Shown one piece after another: positions 23,988-37,500 of a DNA stretch of 64,000 nt. Source of the DNA: Ascidiella aspersa. Its lineage: Eukaryota. The stretch lies in assembly GCA_963924565.1 (NCBI GenBank), contig OZ004607.1, positions 3,038,001 to 3,102,000 of the forward strand, in the 5' to 3' direction. The notes beneath the pieces were generated by a model, which was not told the origin of the DNA, ran no database searches, and worked only from the letters and a program-made list of their open reading frames with translations. The translations under genes were made by a program, and so were the position numbers. How positions within the stretch are numbered: position 1 is the first letter of the stretch; every line of letters starts with the position of its first letter.

Positions 23988-26580
23988 CTGTTAGTACAAG
24001 CAACCTCATTGCGTTTAAAGTTGTGCGAAAATGTGCAATTTAAATCAAATTTAAAGAAGCCACAAGACGTCGCTCGAAGCACGAAAAATGCTCCTAAATT
24101 TCTATTAAAATGTAAAGTTTAATTTAGATTTAGAGGGGTTCGCGAAGCATTGATTACTTTCGACCGAAGCGCAAAAAATATATAGGCCTAAATAATACGT
24201 TAAAGTAATTAAACTTTCGTTGGAGAGAGTGTAATAGGGCAGAGGACGCTATTTGTATAAAATGATGCCAAAAAATCGCGTGGACATACGAGAAAGATAG
24301 AAGAGTTTCGCGCGAAGCACGAAATAAATTTTCATTTTAGTATTTAAGGCTAAAAATCAAATTTCGTAGGGTCATGCCTAGATTCGGCCCTAAAACGAGT
24401 GTTTACGATGCAGCCCAACATATAGAAACTGGCCTTGGATTTTACTTATTTATAATTTTTTTGAAAAATAGTACTTGTAGTTGGTATATTAGTTCAGTTT
24501 TGCTTTTATTTTGCATTTTCTTCTTAAAATTTTTGAATTACAGATATATTGGATCTTCCACAATATTGTATAATGCATAAGAAACCTAACGATCCGGCCT
24601 TGATATAATGTCTGGAATCTTACAAATACCACCAGGAAGAAATTGCGAAAATACGTAGAACAACTCATTAGAAGTGCGAGAGAGACCACACGTCTTCGAT
24701 TATTCTGTGAAAGAGCATTAATTGTCGTATCGAAAATGGCACAAAACGTAAAAAGTTTGTCAGCCTTTATTTCACATTTTGGTCACGCCTGAATTCACCG
24801 CCGAAGCAGTAATGGTTCCGGTCCGCTGCTTACGTATGTTTGCTAGCCCAATCATCAGACACGGCGTATTAAATATTTCGAGTGATTGAAGTTTTACGAA
24901 AGCCATTTAAAGTTAGAATATCCAAGGATATTCCTGTTGTTTCGCGTTAAAGCTACAATATGTTTTTCAAGGTTTGGCTTTTGTAACTGCTAAGAAATCG
25001 TAAGATAGCCTACCTGTATTTTATCCACTAACTGCTAATTTTCTGCTGTAGTTACAGACGTAGACTATATTTTAGTAGAAATTTAAGACACTATTTAAAA
25101 AGTGTTTATAGGTGTACAATCTAGAAATCTTCAAACGTATATCAATGCCACTAAAGTCTGTTAAATCGAAGTAACGCAATCGTTTGGGGTTCATTACTAT
25201 TTCAGATGACTTTGAAACAACGTTTTTTATCCACAAAGCAAATTAACAAAGAGTAACTTGAATCGCACGCTAAACTAAACGCAACCAAAAGGTTAAAAAA
25301 TGGCCAGTTAACAAAAGATCAATTATCAGAATACTAAACCTAATGTTTACCTTTAGATTTCAGGTCATAAAAATCTCTAGATCTTTTTAAAGGTGTTTAG
25401 ATCTTTTTTTAAAAAAAGTTTTTTGTTTTTTTTCATTCGATTTTAAAAATAGAATTTTTAACAATGTTGGAACTACAGTACATGTAGCTTGTATTTAAAA
25501 CAGCCAAAAATAATATTATATCCCAATTTATTATAGTACGCATAAATTAACCTTAAGTATTTACCGTTTATAAAGCAAACTTGGAAATTATATTTTTAAA
25601 CCCTTTTTTGTTTATGTTTGGATAGATGCATCGTTGAAATGACTCAAATCATGCACTTTACTTAAGTGTAATTAAGTCATTTTTTTAACAACTTGACTTG
25701 ACTTAGTCGTTTCAGTAAAATTAGCTTGACTTAATTCTTTTGGCCAAATGACTAGACTAGGATTTAATTCATTTCAAAATGTTTTTGATTATACAACACT
25801 GGATTTAGTTATTAACTTGTAGTCTAAAATGAACAAAAATGAATAAAGCATCACTAAATGGAGATAACACACAACATAAATGGTGATAGGAAATAGTTTA
25901 ACACGGGGACGGCTTGGATATATACAGCGGTGCGGCGGGAATACGTTGCAGAAGACAGTCGATCTTAGTCAAAATACCCGAGTCATCGAGCTAATATAAA
26001 CCGCCTTAACATCCGCTAAAGACTGGAAGGCTTGTTTCGCTTTCTTCGATGCGCTGGTAAGATTGATTCGCTAGTTATGATCTGACTCACCCCAACACTG
26101 CCACGTAAAGTTGAAGGGACGCAAAGCGTGATAAACACAATGTTGTTATGTAGGTTAGTTAGTTGCGCATCAGCCTGTCTATACGTGATTTCGTTGTTGC
26201 GTTTTGTAGTGGTTCCTATGCTTTTGCCTAGAGAGTTTCCATGTGTGCCGCGGAACTTTTGTAATTTTTGAAAATAAACCTTTCCTAGTCGTTATGCGCG
26301 ATTTATACGATTTGACCGAATGGTCGTTTTTGCAGAGTTCTAGATACGAAAGAATACAGTTTGTTTAAGCTCAATATAAATGCATTGTCAGAAGCATAAA
26401 GTCATAAGAAAATGCGATATACTTTTGCTCAGTACTTGGGGCGACGGGAAAACGATTGAGAGACACTGCTTTTATATACAGTATTATAAAGCACAAAGTG
26501 ATTAAGTGTTTAGCTATATTCCGCAACAATGTCACCTGATAATCAGAATAGAACAAGGTGCTATAACATGTATACAAGGC

Positions 26581-26736
26581 CAGTGTTTTTTTAAAGATGT
26601 TTTGGGGGACCGAAACAAATTTCTCCAGGGCTTTCCCAAATTTTGGACTTGCAACATTTTGGTATTTAAATGAAACACTTGCGGTCTCTTAAAACTACTT
26701 AGCGGTCACCTAAACCAAACCTTAAAAAAAACCCTG
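26581..26736. mobile_element. hAT-type MITE, same family as 11621-11782
   Basis: Reverse-complement match to 11621-11782; degenerate TSD tacaaggc/aacaaggt. Confidence 0.75.
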
Positions 26737-27832
26737 AACAAGGTAATCTGCTATAGTCAGCTCATAGGACATGTGTCTATTTTTAAGTTCCTTGACAATG
26801 TCACCTAATAGTATTGTCACATAGTTAATCATGTTTTCCTGGAACTTGATTTTGGTTGAAATCCACATTTAACATTTGAAGGCCCGGATAAACACTTTAA
26901 TATTCCCGTTAGCGAAGCAGAAATCAACGGACAGAAACATATTGTCAACGATTTGGAAGTTAGTAAAGGTACACGCTTTTGTTAGATTTTAAAGGCGTTC
27001 GTTTAAATAATTTGCTAAAAATAGATACAAGAAATAGAATGATGTTTAAAGCGTATTCATGAAAGTATTTTTACAATTCGCAACTGTCACTTTTCATTTT
27101 GGTTTCGCTAAAATCGAATATTTTTCTTCAACGATATTTTACTATAGGCCTACAGGCTACTCCGAAAACCTGTTCATAGTTGTTTGAAAACATTTTCCGA
27201 AATAACTGTCAAATGTCGTTTAAAGAAATTTTTACAGTGAACATGTTGCTTTTTCTTTTGGTTTTGCTAATGGAATATTTTCTTCCGTGACATATTTTAT
27301 TCTAATTTTAACTAATTTATAAGAGCTAAAGTTCAAACGAGAGTAAAGACTTTGTTAATGTTCAAGCTATTTCGTTCGAACCCGGTTAACTGTTTTATTA
27401 TTTCCGGTTTAGTCACGCGGTTAAGCTAACACCTCTTCCCAAACTAATTAAGTCTTAACAACTTTAAACGTTAAACAATAATTAATTTTTTTAAGCGGAT
27501 TCCTGATCAATTGCAAGATTTGCAAATTATTCAAATGAATCAAGCTATTCGGTTGTAATCTACATAAATCGTGATTTCGGCGCATCGGTACAACCGTTGC
27601 ATTGCTCTGATTAGAAAACAATTCTTAAAGCGTTTTTGACTTTTCCCGAGGGATTAGGGGATTTACAGAATATTACTTTTAAACAGGAAATGATTTTACG
27701 CTACTGCAGTGTTGATCAACCGATTATTGTACCTGTTTGTTACTTCCCTATATGCTTACCTTACGCATCTGTAACAAACTTATTCAATTATCTATATAAA
27801 TTTAAAGGTACTGCAAAAACAAATCCCAACTA

Positions 27833-27997
27833 ATAAGAATATCAAAGCCCATACAGAAGTAGGTATCATTTTGGACGTTTGGAATAACTCTTTATTCATT
27901 TTCAACATTATTCGAAACGTCCAAAATGCAACCTACTTATGTATGGGCTTTGATATTCTTATTACGTCTTACTACAACCTCCAGTCAATATGCTCCG
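27833..27997. mobile_element. Palindromic Penelope-like insertion (family A)
   Basis: Same arms plus tail cgtcttactacaacctcc. TSD aaatcc(c/t)aacta at 27821-27832 and 27998-28009. Confidence 0.75.
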
Positions 27998-28511
27998 AAA
28001 TCCTAACTACATTTTGATGTTGTAACAACTGCAACTAGGCAAAAATAAAAGTTATACCGACTTAAGTCACAATTAATATAATTTCAACCTTTGTCCCAAT
28101 CGTCGCCACTCGCGACCCAAATGCGTCGCTGTTTTATTTTGTTGGGTCGCCGACCGCAGTAATTTTATATAGTTAGATTTATTCAGATTGGTTTTGAGCA
28201 AGATTTCTCCAGTGCTTCAAGAAAAAGCACTGCGAAGACGTGGACCATAGAAACTAAATTATAATAAATTTATAACAAAGGGTCCAATGAAGAAAATCGC
28301 TCTTATCCTTTTTTGTTTCGTTTTCGGGCCACCGCCAAAAATGCACGTTAATTGAAGGTTTTTAAATTTGTTATGAAGTACAAGATTGACGCATATTAAA
28401 CTTAACCAGGGTTTGGCGCTAATTGTAATTTTCTTGCACAGATTTCCCGACTCAGTTTTAAACGCCATGACACATAACCAATAATAAGGTTGAACTTAAA
28501 GCGCATTGACC

Positions 28512-31500
28512 ATGGATCAGAATGACAACTACGACGATAAAAGGACGACAACCAACAGCACAAAGGACGACCACGTCAACTCAAACGGTGGTCTCACAAA
28601 TCCAGGCCAACAAATCTCAAAAGACGAGCCGATCGAAATGGTCACTTTCACCATAGAGAGCGAATCAAAAGCCAAAAAATTGAGTCAAAGCGACGAAAAA
28701 AGCATCCTTCCAGGGGATTTAACGCCCCAGGGGTATGATGCCGACTACGACGTCACTATAGAGAACCCTAGCTACGAGCTCACCCACTTGGTTGACCCCG
28801 AAGTGGGGTCAAATAGCGGCACGGGGTCCGAGGGTGGCCCCAATGAAACACAGACCGATCAGGTCCCAATGTCGTTTCACATTGGAGGGAAGGTCGATCA
28901 ATATGGGTATTCCTCTCTCCAGCGAGGGATTTTAAACAGGACGCTGAAAGATGAAAAAGGGACTGAAGGTGGAAATGTTCAATATCGAACATCCGTCACT
29001 TCGAGAAGTAAGTTTTTTATATTTGTTATAGTTGCGTATAGAATATTGCCGCCTTAAACAAAACCTTTGCAGCTTTCTTTTAATTTAGCCTCGTTTTGAA
29101 TCAATTTTTGTTTGAAAGCGCCGTCTGGCAAAAGCAAAACTTTGAAGTATTTTGAAGCATAATGAGTTGTAGGTTGTAATTTGGCGTAGTAAGACTATCA
29201 CAGCTCATATAGTAGGCTAAGTTACTTTTTTAAAGTTTTGAATATCCCCTTATTTGTTTTTCAACGAGGTGATTAAAGGGATATTCAAAAACGTTTACAA
29301 CTCCACTTACTTCTGTACGGGCTTTGGTTTTCTTACTACGTCTTAGAAATATATTGCTGTTTTTTGCAGGTTGAGATAACACAGCAAAATCCTGCAGCAC
29401 TGTAGTGACATATATACGAAAAGCCCCTTTGTTATTTTACATTCAACCCTAGTTAGATTAAGGCAAATGCAGTTCATAAACTTCCAAAACCTCGAGTTAA
29501 TTGTCCTTCATCTTTTGTCCACAGCATCCGGGAAGCGTCTCAGGAGGAAAGCAAGAAAGTCTTCTTCTTCTTCTTCTGCTTCCATTTCTACGTCTTCCGA
29601 ATCCTACACAGAGACCGTGACGCTCCAGGAAGTTGCACCTGAACAAAGAGGTTTGACGCGTAAATATAACTTTTGCTGATTCAGGGTTTCTGAAACAATG
29701 AGCCGCGGTACGCCATAACGACTCACCAGATTGTCAGGATAAAAAGTAAAGCAGGCTGCTTAGAATTGCCGATGTAATGTCGGTGTAATTGCAGACATTC
29801 GTTTAAATGTTTTTTTTTAATTAGACATGCTGATAAAAGACATAGTGGTTCGGCAGATTGGTAAGTTAAAAAGCAAGGCAGCCTGTATAGAATTGACGAC
29901 CTAATCGGGTGTAACTGCAGACATTTTTAAATGTTATTTGCTTTATAGTAGACATCTTGATTTCCAGTAAAAGCCAAAGTAGCTTAAGAGATCGGCAAGT
30001 TAAAAGTGAGGCAAGCTGCTAAAAATTGTCGCTATAATGTCGGTGTAATTACAGACATTCGTTTAAATGTTATTTGTTTCACAGTAGACATTTTAATTCC
30101 GCTAAAAGCCATATAGTGACTCAGGAGATTCACAAGTGTTATATTTGGAAGTTAAAAAGGAAATATTTGGAAGTTAAAAAGCAAGACAGGCTGCCTAGAA
30201 TTGAAGACTAAATGCGGTTGTGATGGCATACATTCGTTTAAAAGTTATTTGTTTTACAGCTGACATTTTGATTCCGGTAAATTTGTAGAAAAACGTTGTT
30301 TAAAGCAACATATAGTTTTGCAGAAAAAGTGTCTAACGTTCATCGACGTTCGGTTTAGACGGCAAAAATGTTCACTTTGTTACTTTGTTACGGTACAAAT
30401 TTGCCAGCGCATTTTTGATGTGTTCTTTTTTTAAGATATTGGAAAGTTTGTTTGTGTTAAGGTATGGAAACACCCGAAAATATATTTTTGTCTTTTCAAT
30501 GCAAATGACTAAACTTTTTTCGTTTGGACTAACTTTGGTCTGTTTGTTACTATTTCGCTGCCTTAGGAGAATCGACTTGGCTTACAGGCGCTAGGCATGC
30601 TATACTATATAAAATACAATTTATTTTCAATTAGACTATACAAACTTTGTGACGAAAAACTTAAAAATCATCATGGCCTTTCACAAAATTTCTGAATCCG
30701 ACTCTGGTTTCATATGCGATTGCAATACACAAGGTAAAATAAAACTAATGTGTCCCCGACTTAAGCTACTAGGTTAAAGTTAGTTATTTAATGACTCTGT
30801 GAAACTGTCAAGTGCAATTTGTATGCTGAGGTTTATAAATTTATAAACAATGTTCTACATTTGGTAATTTCTAATATCAACTTCATCATAAAATTTTCTT
30901 TTTTGTTGACGTTTTGTCATTTTTTTAAATTGAAGAAAGATTTACCCTTATAGGTAATCGCAACGTCGGCGCTGAAAACATATTTGTCCGAAGAACTCCT
31001 TTATAAATATACAATGCCTGGCAGCAACAGTATATTTATCTCGCAGATATGTGTAATTCGTCTAATACAGCAACCTTTTATTCCAGGTGTGACTTTCAAG
31101 GAAACGGTCGAGTATAGTTACGAGCCGGCTCCGGAGCTTTTTTCGATGGATTCCCTTTCCCGGGTCGTCAGTCCTAAAGTGATGAAGAGGATTCGAAGCA
31201 GCATCTCGAAGGTCTACCCCGAAAGACGTGAGAATTTTTTCGAAATAAATAAATGACCGCTCATCACATATACTGTAATACCATCATGTAAACCAGGGGT
31301 GGGCAACCTTTTGCTAGTCGCGGGCAAAAAACAACCCAAAAAGTTCTCTGCCGGCCGTAATAAACTTCAACTGGCCATTACTTGTTCAGATATAACGAGA
31401 TAAATAAACGTCGATTGTTAATAGTTCAACCCCAGGGCAGACTTTATGCTGGTAAAAAATCGCATTTACCGAGTTAGAATAGCCAAAAAATATGAGAAAG

Positions 31501-34500
31501 TAAAAAATTACGAGAAGTAGCCACGTACCCATTTCGTAAAGGATGTGGCGGGCCGGATTATATTCCTTGGTTTGGCCAGCGGGGCGTAGGTCGCCCACCC
31601 CTGATGTAAACAGTACTTTGAATGCACACTATTCATTGCATAAATGAATATATAAACTGTTGCTTCAAGGCATAGTATAGACTTTCGGAGTAGGATACGT
31701 AAGCCGTAAACGTTGGTCAAAAAGTAGTTTCAGAATGGCTAGATCACAGTTGTTAAACAGACATATGTGTGTGTATGTTTCTTGAAGGAATCTATATCCA
31801 TATTTTTTGACGCATTACTTTTATTCACGATTTCAGTGTCGGGCAGCCTCGAGCTTGCCCAAGTCATTGTTCCCGATCCTTCTGTGAAGTGGGAAGAAAA
31901 GCAGAAGAGGAAACTGCAAAGAAGAATCAGGGGAAGCCAGATCAAGTCGGGCTGGAGAGTGAAGAAGGCACTCGCGTGTCTGGAGCCGTAAGTAGGCTAC
32001 ATCTAAGTTTGGCGATTATAAAATAGCTTGGCACAGTGTTGTAAACAAGTCATTATGAAACGACTTAAGTCTCAGTCAATCTATTTGTGAAAAAACTTAA
32101 GTCCCAGTCAAGCTATTTGTGAAAAAACTTAAGTCCCGGTCAAGCTAGTTGTGAAAAAATTAAGTCCCAGTCAAGTATTTAAAAAAATAATACGTCACGT
32201 CCAAGTCCGAGTTATCAGTTGTCCAAATAAAGTCCCAGTCAAGTTTATTAGATAAATCAAATCACTAATATCATAATAAAACGACAAACCTTTGAACTAG
32301 TTACCTCGTCCGATTATGAGCAATAACTTAACTAAAGCACATATTTATAACCCAAGTCATTTGACTCAATTTCGGACAAATGGCTCGGGCTGGAATGAAA
32401 TATTTTCATTAAGAAATTTTTCATAAAATGGGGTTATTTATCCAATTTTTTGCGTATCAAACAATTTACTTGCTTTTTGTGGTATTTTTGTTATATTTTG
32501 TCGAATTATTGCTTATAATTTGACATGCTGACCAATGTTATTAGTCAACGTTTAATTTTTTATAAAGGACTGCAGCCTTGAGATGTCCTTATAATGACGT
32601 GACTGGGACTTAACTTGGCAACTGATTACTTTGCACTGGGACTTTTGATTTGTTAAAACTTAAAACTTCCTGACTTGATCTTAAGGTATTTTACAAATTA
32701 CTTGGCGGGGATGTGAGAAATTTAAAAATTGTTTGTTTGCCACACTGCAATGTGCCGTATCATACCGTTTAAGAATCATTGCTTTAAATCAGGGGTTCTT
32801 AAACTGGCGTCCATGGACCCCTTGAGGGTCCGTGATCTAGTTTTGAGGGGTCCATCAAGGCCTTTGAAATATTAGTGTATATTTAAGAAGTGATCATTTT
32901 TTTAAATAAAACATTTTGATAAAAAATAAAACGGTTTTGCACTGAATCATATATAGACTCCATTTCACTTTCACATTTTTGGACCGAAATCAGCAGATTT
33001 ATAAAGTCTATTTGAATTGTTACGTCAATTTATTACGTCATTTTTAATTAAAAAATTTAGGGGTCGGCGGTAAAAAAAGTTTAAGAACCCCTGCTCTAAA
33101 TAGACAATACCTGGACTTTTAGTCCACAGACCATCAACACTTACTACATGGAACTGGTCGAGCAGGGAAACGCCAAGGACCTGGGGAGTTTGTTACGCAT
33201 GAGTAAAGCCAACCCTAGACTACTGCTGAACGTGAACTACACTGACGAACAGGAACGATCGGCACTTTGGGTCGCCATTAAGAACAGAGACGCTGTAGTT
33301 TGTGAAGTTCTTATGAAGCACAAAGTAAGTATGGAGTATAATGGTTAGAGGTTGGAGTAAGACGTAGTAAGAATATCAAAGCCCATAAAGAAGTAGGTAT
33401 CATTTTGAACGTTTCCAATATGTTGAAAATGAATAAAAAGTTATTCGAACGTTCAAAATGATACCTTCTTTCGTATGGACTTTAATATTCTTATTACAAA
33501 GTAAGTACTTTTTTGATGTTGCTTGCTCTTCCACAAAAATAACACTGAAAATTGCAATCAATTGTTGTTAGTATTTTTTACGAAGTTAAACAAAATTATA
33601 ATTAGGTTAAATTGAAAATACGTAGTTTAGGCGGAACAACAAAATAATGAGGGATCAGAGCCGTTCTTGGTCTTAGAATTAGTGTGAAGCATATATTTTA
33701 CAGCTCGGAGCAGAGATCTGGTTATTTTAGATAACAAGATTAAGTCTCAATTCCGTAACTGAATTACTTCCACATAATTTGCTACTGGATTGGAGGCAAA
33801 CCGTGGTCAAATCGGTGTGGGGTAATTTCATGTTGTAGCTTTTTATTTATTTTCAAAAAGCAGTGTTTAGATTTTTTTGTCTAGCAGTTATGGATTTGAG
33901 CAAGTGTGCCATTCCGCAGTGGTATCGTTTGGAGATGGTGTCAACATAGCGTTAGTGTATTTTTAATGGTTTCATTGCGTTGTCGCGTCATTTCGATCCT
34001 AGGTTATTTTTCTTTACCTTGTGTCATTTCGCCGGAATTATATTTAGCAAATGTTTCGTTTCGTCCTGGAATCATTTTCCTTTGCTGTACTTTAGATCCG
34101 GGTTGCGGACTGCGTCTTCCACGCCATCCAGTCCAACTTCATCGCTGGAATCGAGGTGATTCTAGCGCACGACAACTGTCTGGCCACGAAGATCAAGGGA
34201 GAGAACTATTACTTCCCCGTGGGCATCACACCCATGATGTTCGCCGCCTCCTGCAATAACTACGCGGCGCTTAGGCTCTTCTATCAGCACGGACATCAGC
34301 TACCGGTAAGCTTAAGACAGTGCGTGTAAAATAATGGTGAAACGCGCCATTTCTTCTTAAATGTCTCTAAAAAACTATAGGATTTTAGTTGGATATTGAT
34401 GTGCTACATCGATACAAATCTGTCTCTATTTGTATTCTCACACGGATTGCATTTTCAATAAAAATGAAGTTTAAAATAAGGTTACGACAATTCACTTATA

Positions 34501-37500
34501 GGGGTGTCCTATGACTTAACCTGCCACAAAATATGGATAGAAACAAAGCAAGAGTTTAAATATGTTTGTTAGTAGTATGTTAGTAGTAGTATGTAACACC
34601 AAGCATTATGACGTATATAGCTTTGTGACGTCATCTGTAAAACAATTTTAACTTTCGGGTTAGAAAAATCTACTTTCACCTCACGTTAGGAAGCAGCAGC
34701 TTCCCAAAACACAGTTGAGCATATATATGCGCTGCTTTAGGTTATTGGATCAAACTCAGAATTTCTACTTAAAAGTGGGAGTGAAATTTAAAAACTACTC
34801 AACTATATAGCCGAAGTTAAGCAAAAAGGTGTTTTGTTTACATGTAGTCAAGCTGTTCTTATAATGCGCATAAATCGAAATCCACCGGTACGACCAGGAC
34901 CGGTTTAAGGGTATTGTAGGCCTAAGGCTGTTTACTAGAGAAGGGCCTATTTGTGCAAACCAAGCTACAAAAAGCAATAAAAAATACATACTTGACAAAT
35001 TGAAATCGTAAGGGCCGACTTTTTCAAGGGCCTAAGGCTATAGCCTTATACTAATGGTTATTCCGACACTTGGTATGACGCTTTGAGTTTATTGGGCGGG
35101 CGGGTTATGCTTTCATTACAGTTTCGTTACATGAAGTCATTTTGTCAATACTTTGCGGGAATTTTCTTTGAGTAACGTGGACTATGACGTACTACTTCAG
35201 AAACTCTGAGTGGCGAATTGACAGCAAAACTTTTGCCGGTCACAAAAATTTTGGCCATCACTTGACACTGTCAACGGTTTTCTGTCCCATCGATTTCGAC
35301 ATTATTGTTACTTGAGCATCAATATGGATACCAACAATCAAAATTTACGTTGGATAAAACATGAAAACACTTGATCTTACGAAACTAACTAGCGTTTTTG
35401 GGTTGGTATTTTATCAAAAAACTGGATGTTGTAGATAGACCAAGAATAAATGTTAAAGCCTGTACAGACTTGAGCATCAATTGAATAAAAAAAACTAATG
35501 AAAATCCTGTTTTATCAGACGTTTTTAGAACTGACAATCGGGGTAAAGGGTCGGCCTTGGGGTCCTTTGGGGTTATTGCGCATACTTTCACGCTTGTTCA
35601 TTACTGCGACAGACCTTGATGCTTACAAGACAAGTTAAATCTGAGTGAAAATAACAAATTGAAATTATGTCAAGAGGAAATCATACATACGCAGATCTCA
35701 TATAAATATAAAACAACAGCTTGGAATATAGCTTGATAATGAATTGCAAAGCCAAAACGGTCTTATATATACAAGCTCGTATCGAAACGTCCTATTCAGA
35801 ATGACGTCGATTAACTTGAACTTTTTGGCTTTGCAATTCATTATCAAGGTACATGTGTTTAGAATATCTTTATTTGCAACGCAAAGACTACACCTGGCCT
35901 TACTTTTGTTGTTAATTGAAGCATTGCGATAGTACATGGGTGACCCACATTTAACCTGTTTTATGCGGCTCTTACGTTTGGGTTGAATTTGAGTTTTAAG
36001 GGTGTCTGATGTCAATTATCGTGTGCTTAATTTATTTCACCGCGAAACGTGTTAACTTTCCATCATATCGAAGCCAAGTTTGGGAAATCTTATGAGCATA
36101 AAGACGCTTTGCGTTTCACGACAGTTTGCAAACATGTGACTTGATTTTTGCCTAAATATTAATGGTACGTTTCGGAATATCAAATATAATAAATCGTATA
36201 TGTCTACAGCGGCAGAGTCTACCAAAGCTAATAGTTTAGGTCAGACACTATTAAATATGTTTCGCCGCCAATGCAATGTCAATTATCTTCTTTAAATAAC
36301 GTGTCATTATTTTTGAACATCTATAAATTTTATCTGACCTGAATTACCAGCTTTGCTAAACCACCATTTTATTACTGATCAGGAGTTTAGGTCGACGTTT
36401 ATCTTGCAGTGGTTATGGCGTTTATTTAAAAAATCCTGTAATTCAAAAGAAAGACCTTGGTGTTCAAAATATATTATATCCAGCTGAGCATTGGTATATG
36501 TGTATTGTGTAAGTGATGAAAAAACACGGTTATATTCATTTCTTCCTATGTATAACTTGCGGCTCTTCGCGGTAAACCAAGTAAGAAATATGTCTCTTGA
36601 TTTTTGACTGGTTGGCTACCTCTGTCATAGCAAGTCATCTATACGCTCATACATTTAACGCAAAAACAGGACATGCACACGCGGGTGTAGACTTTAAGGT
36701 TCCGCTTTGTTTTGGCTGGAAAGTTCCAACTAGCAAAAGGCTCAGATAACGAAGTGACTTGCGACTTCCTGCTTTTTATAGAATAAACAACTTCGCTTCT
36801 TTAAAAGGAGTTATGAAACTCACGACGTAGAGTTAATACTGTACACTCAGCAAAATCGTGGCCGAATTACCGGCCGGGATATTCCCAACGTTTTATCTGA
36901 TTTTCTCACTGCAATGACTGATGGGGTTTGGTTTTTTGTAAACGTGGTGATATATGTTTAACTTTGCTATGTTTAACTTGGATTTTTGTTCAAATACGAC
37001 TCGGGCGACATATTGAACAACACAAATTTTATATTTAATAAACCTAAAAAATTGCAGGCAACTAACAAAAGTAAATAAAGCTTACTACTAGTTTCCTATT
37101 AATTACGTCACCTATATAACTTTAAAAAGTTCCAACAAATTGATGTCATAATGAAAATTTAATTTTTCTATATAGGAGAGATACGATTCACAACTATGAG
37201 TAACAGATACGTGTGGTTGGTTGATAGTTTTTGACTTTAGTGTCAAGGCAGATACCAATTAAATGATACCAAATGGAAAACGTATGAATGTTAGTTGAAA
37301 TTACTCCGCTTTAGCTTTCTGTTTAAACAAATATGTTACGTGTAAGTTCTTACAGGTAATACGTTAAAACAGACTATATGTCGTAACCTAAAAGTTGTTT
37401 TATTTTAGGCTATTCTAACAGAAATAACGTCTTTGATACGAATCAACTATTCCCCTTGCTAATAAATGAACTTTTCCCTAAATAGGCTTAAGTCACCCAG

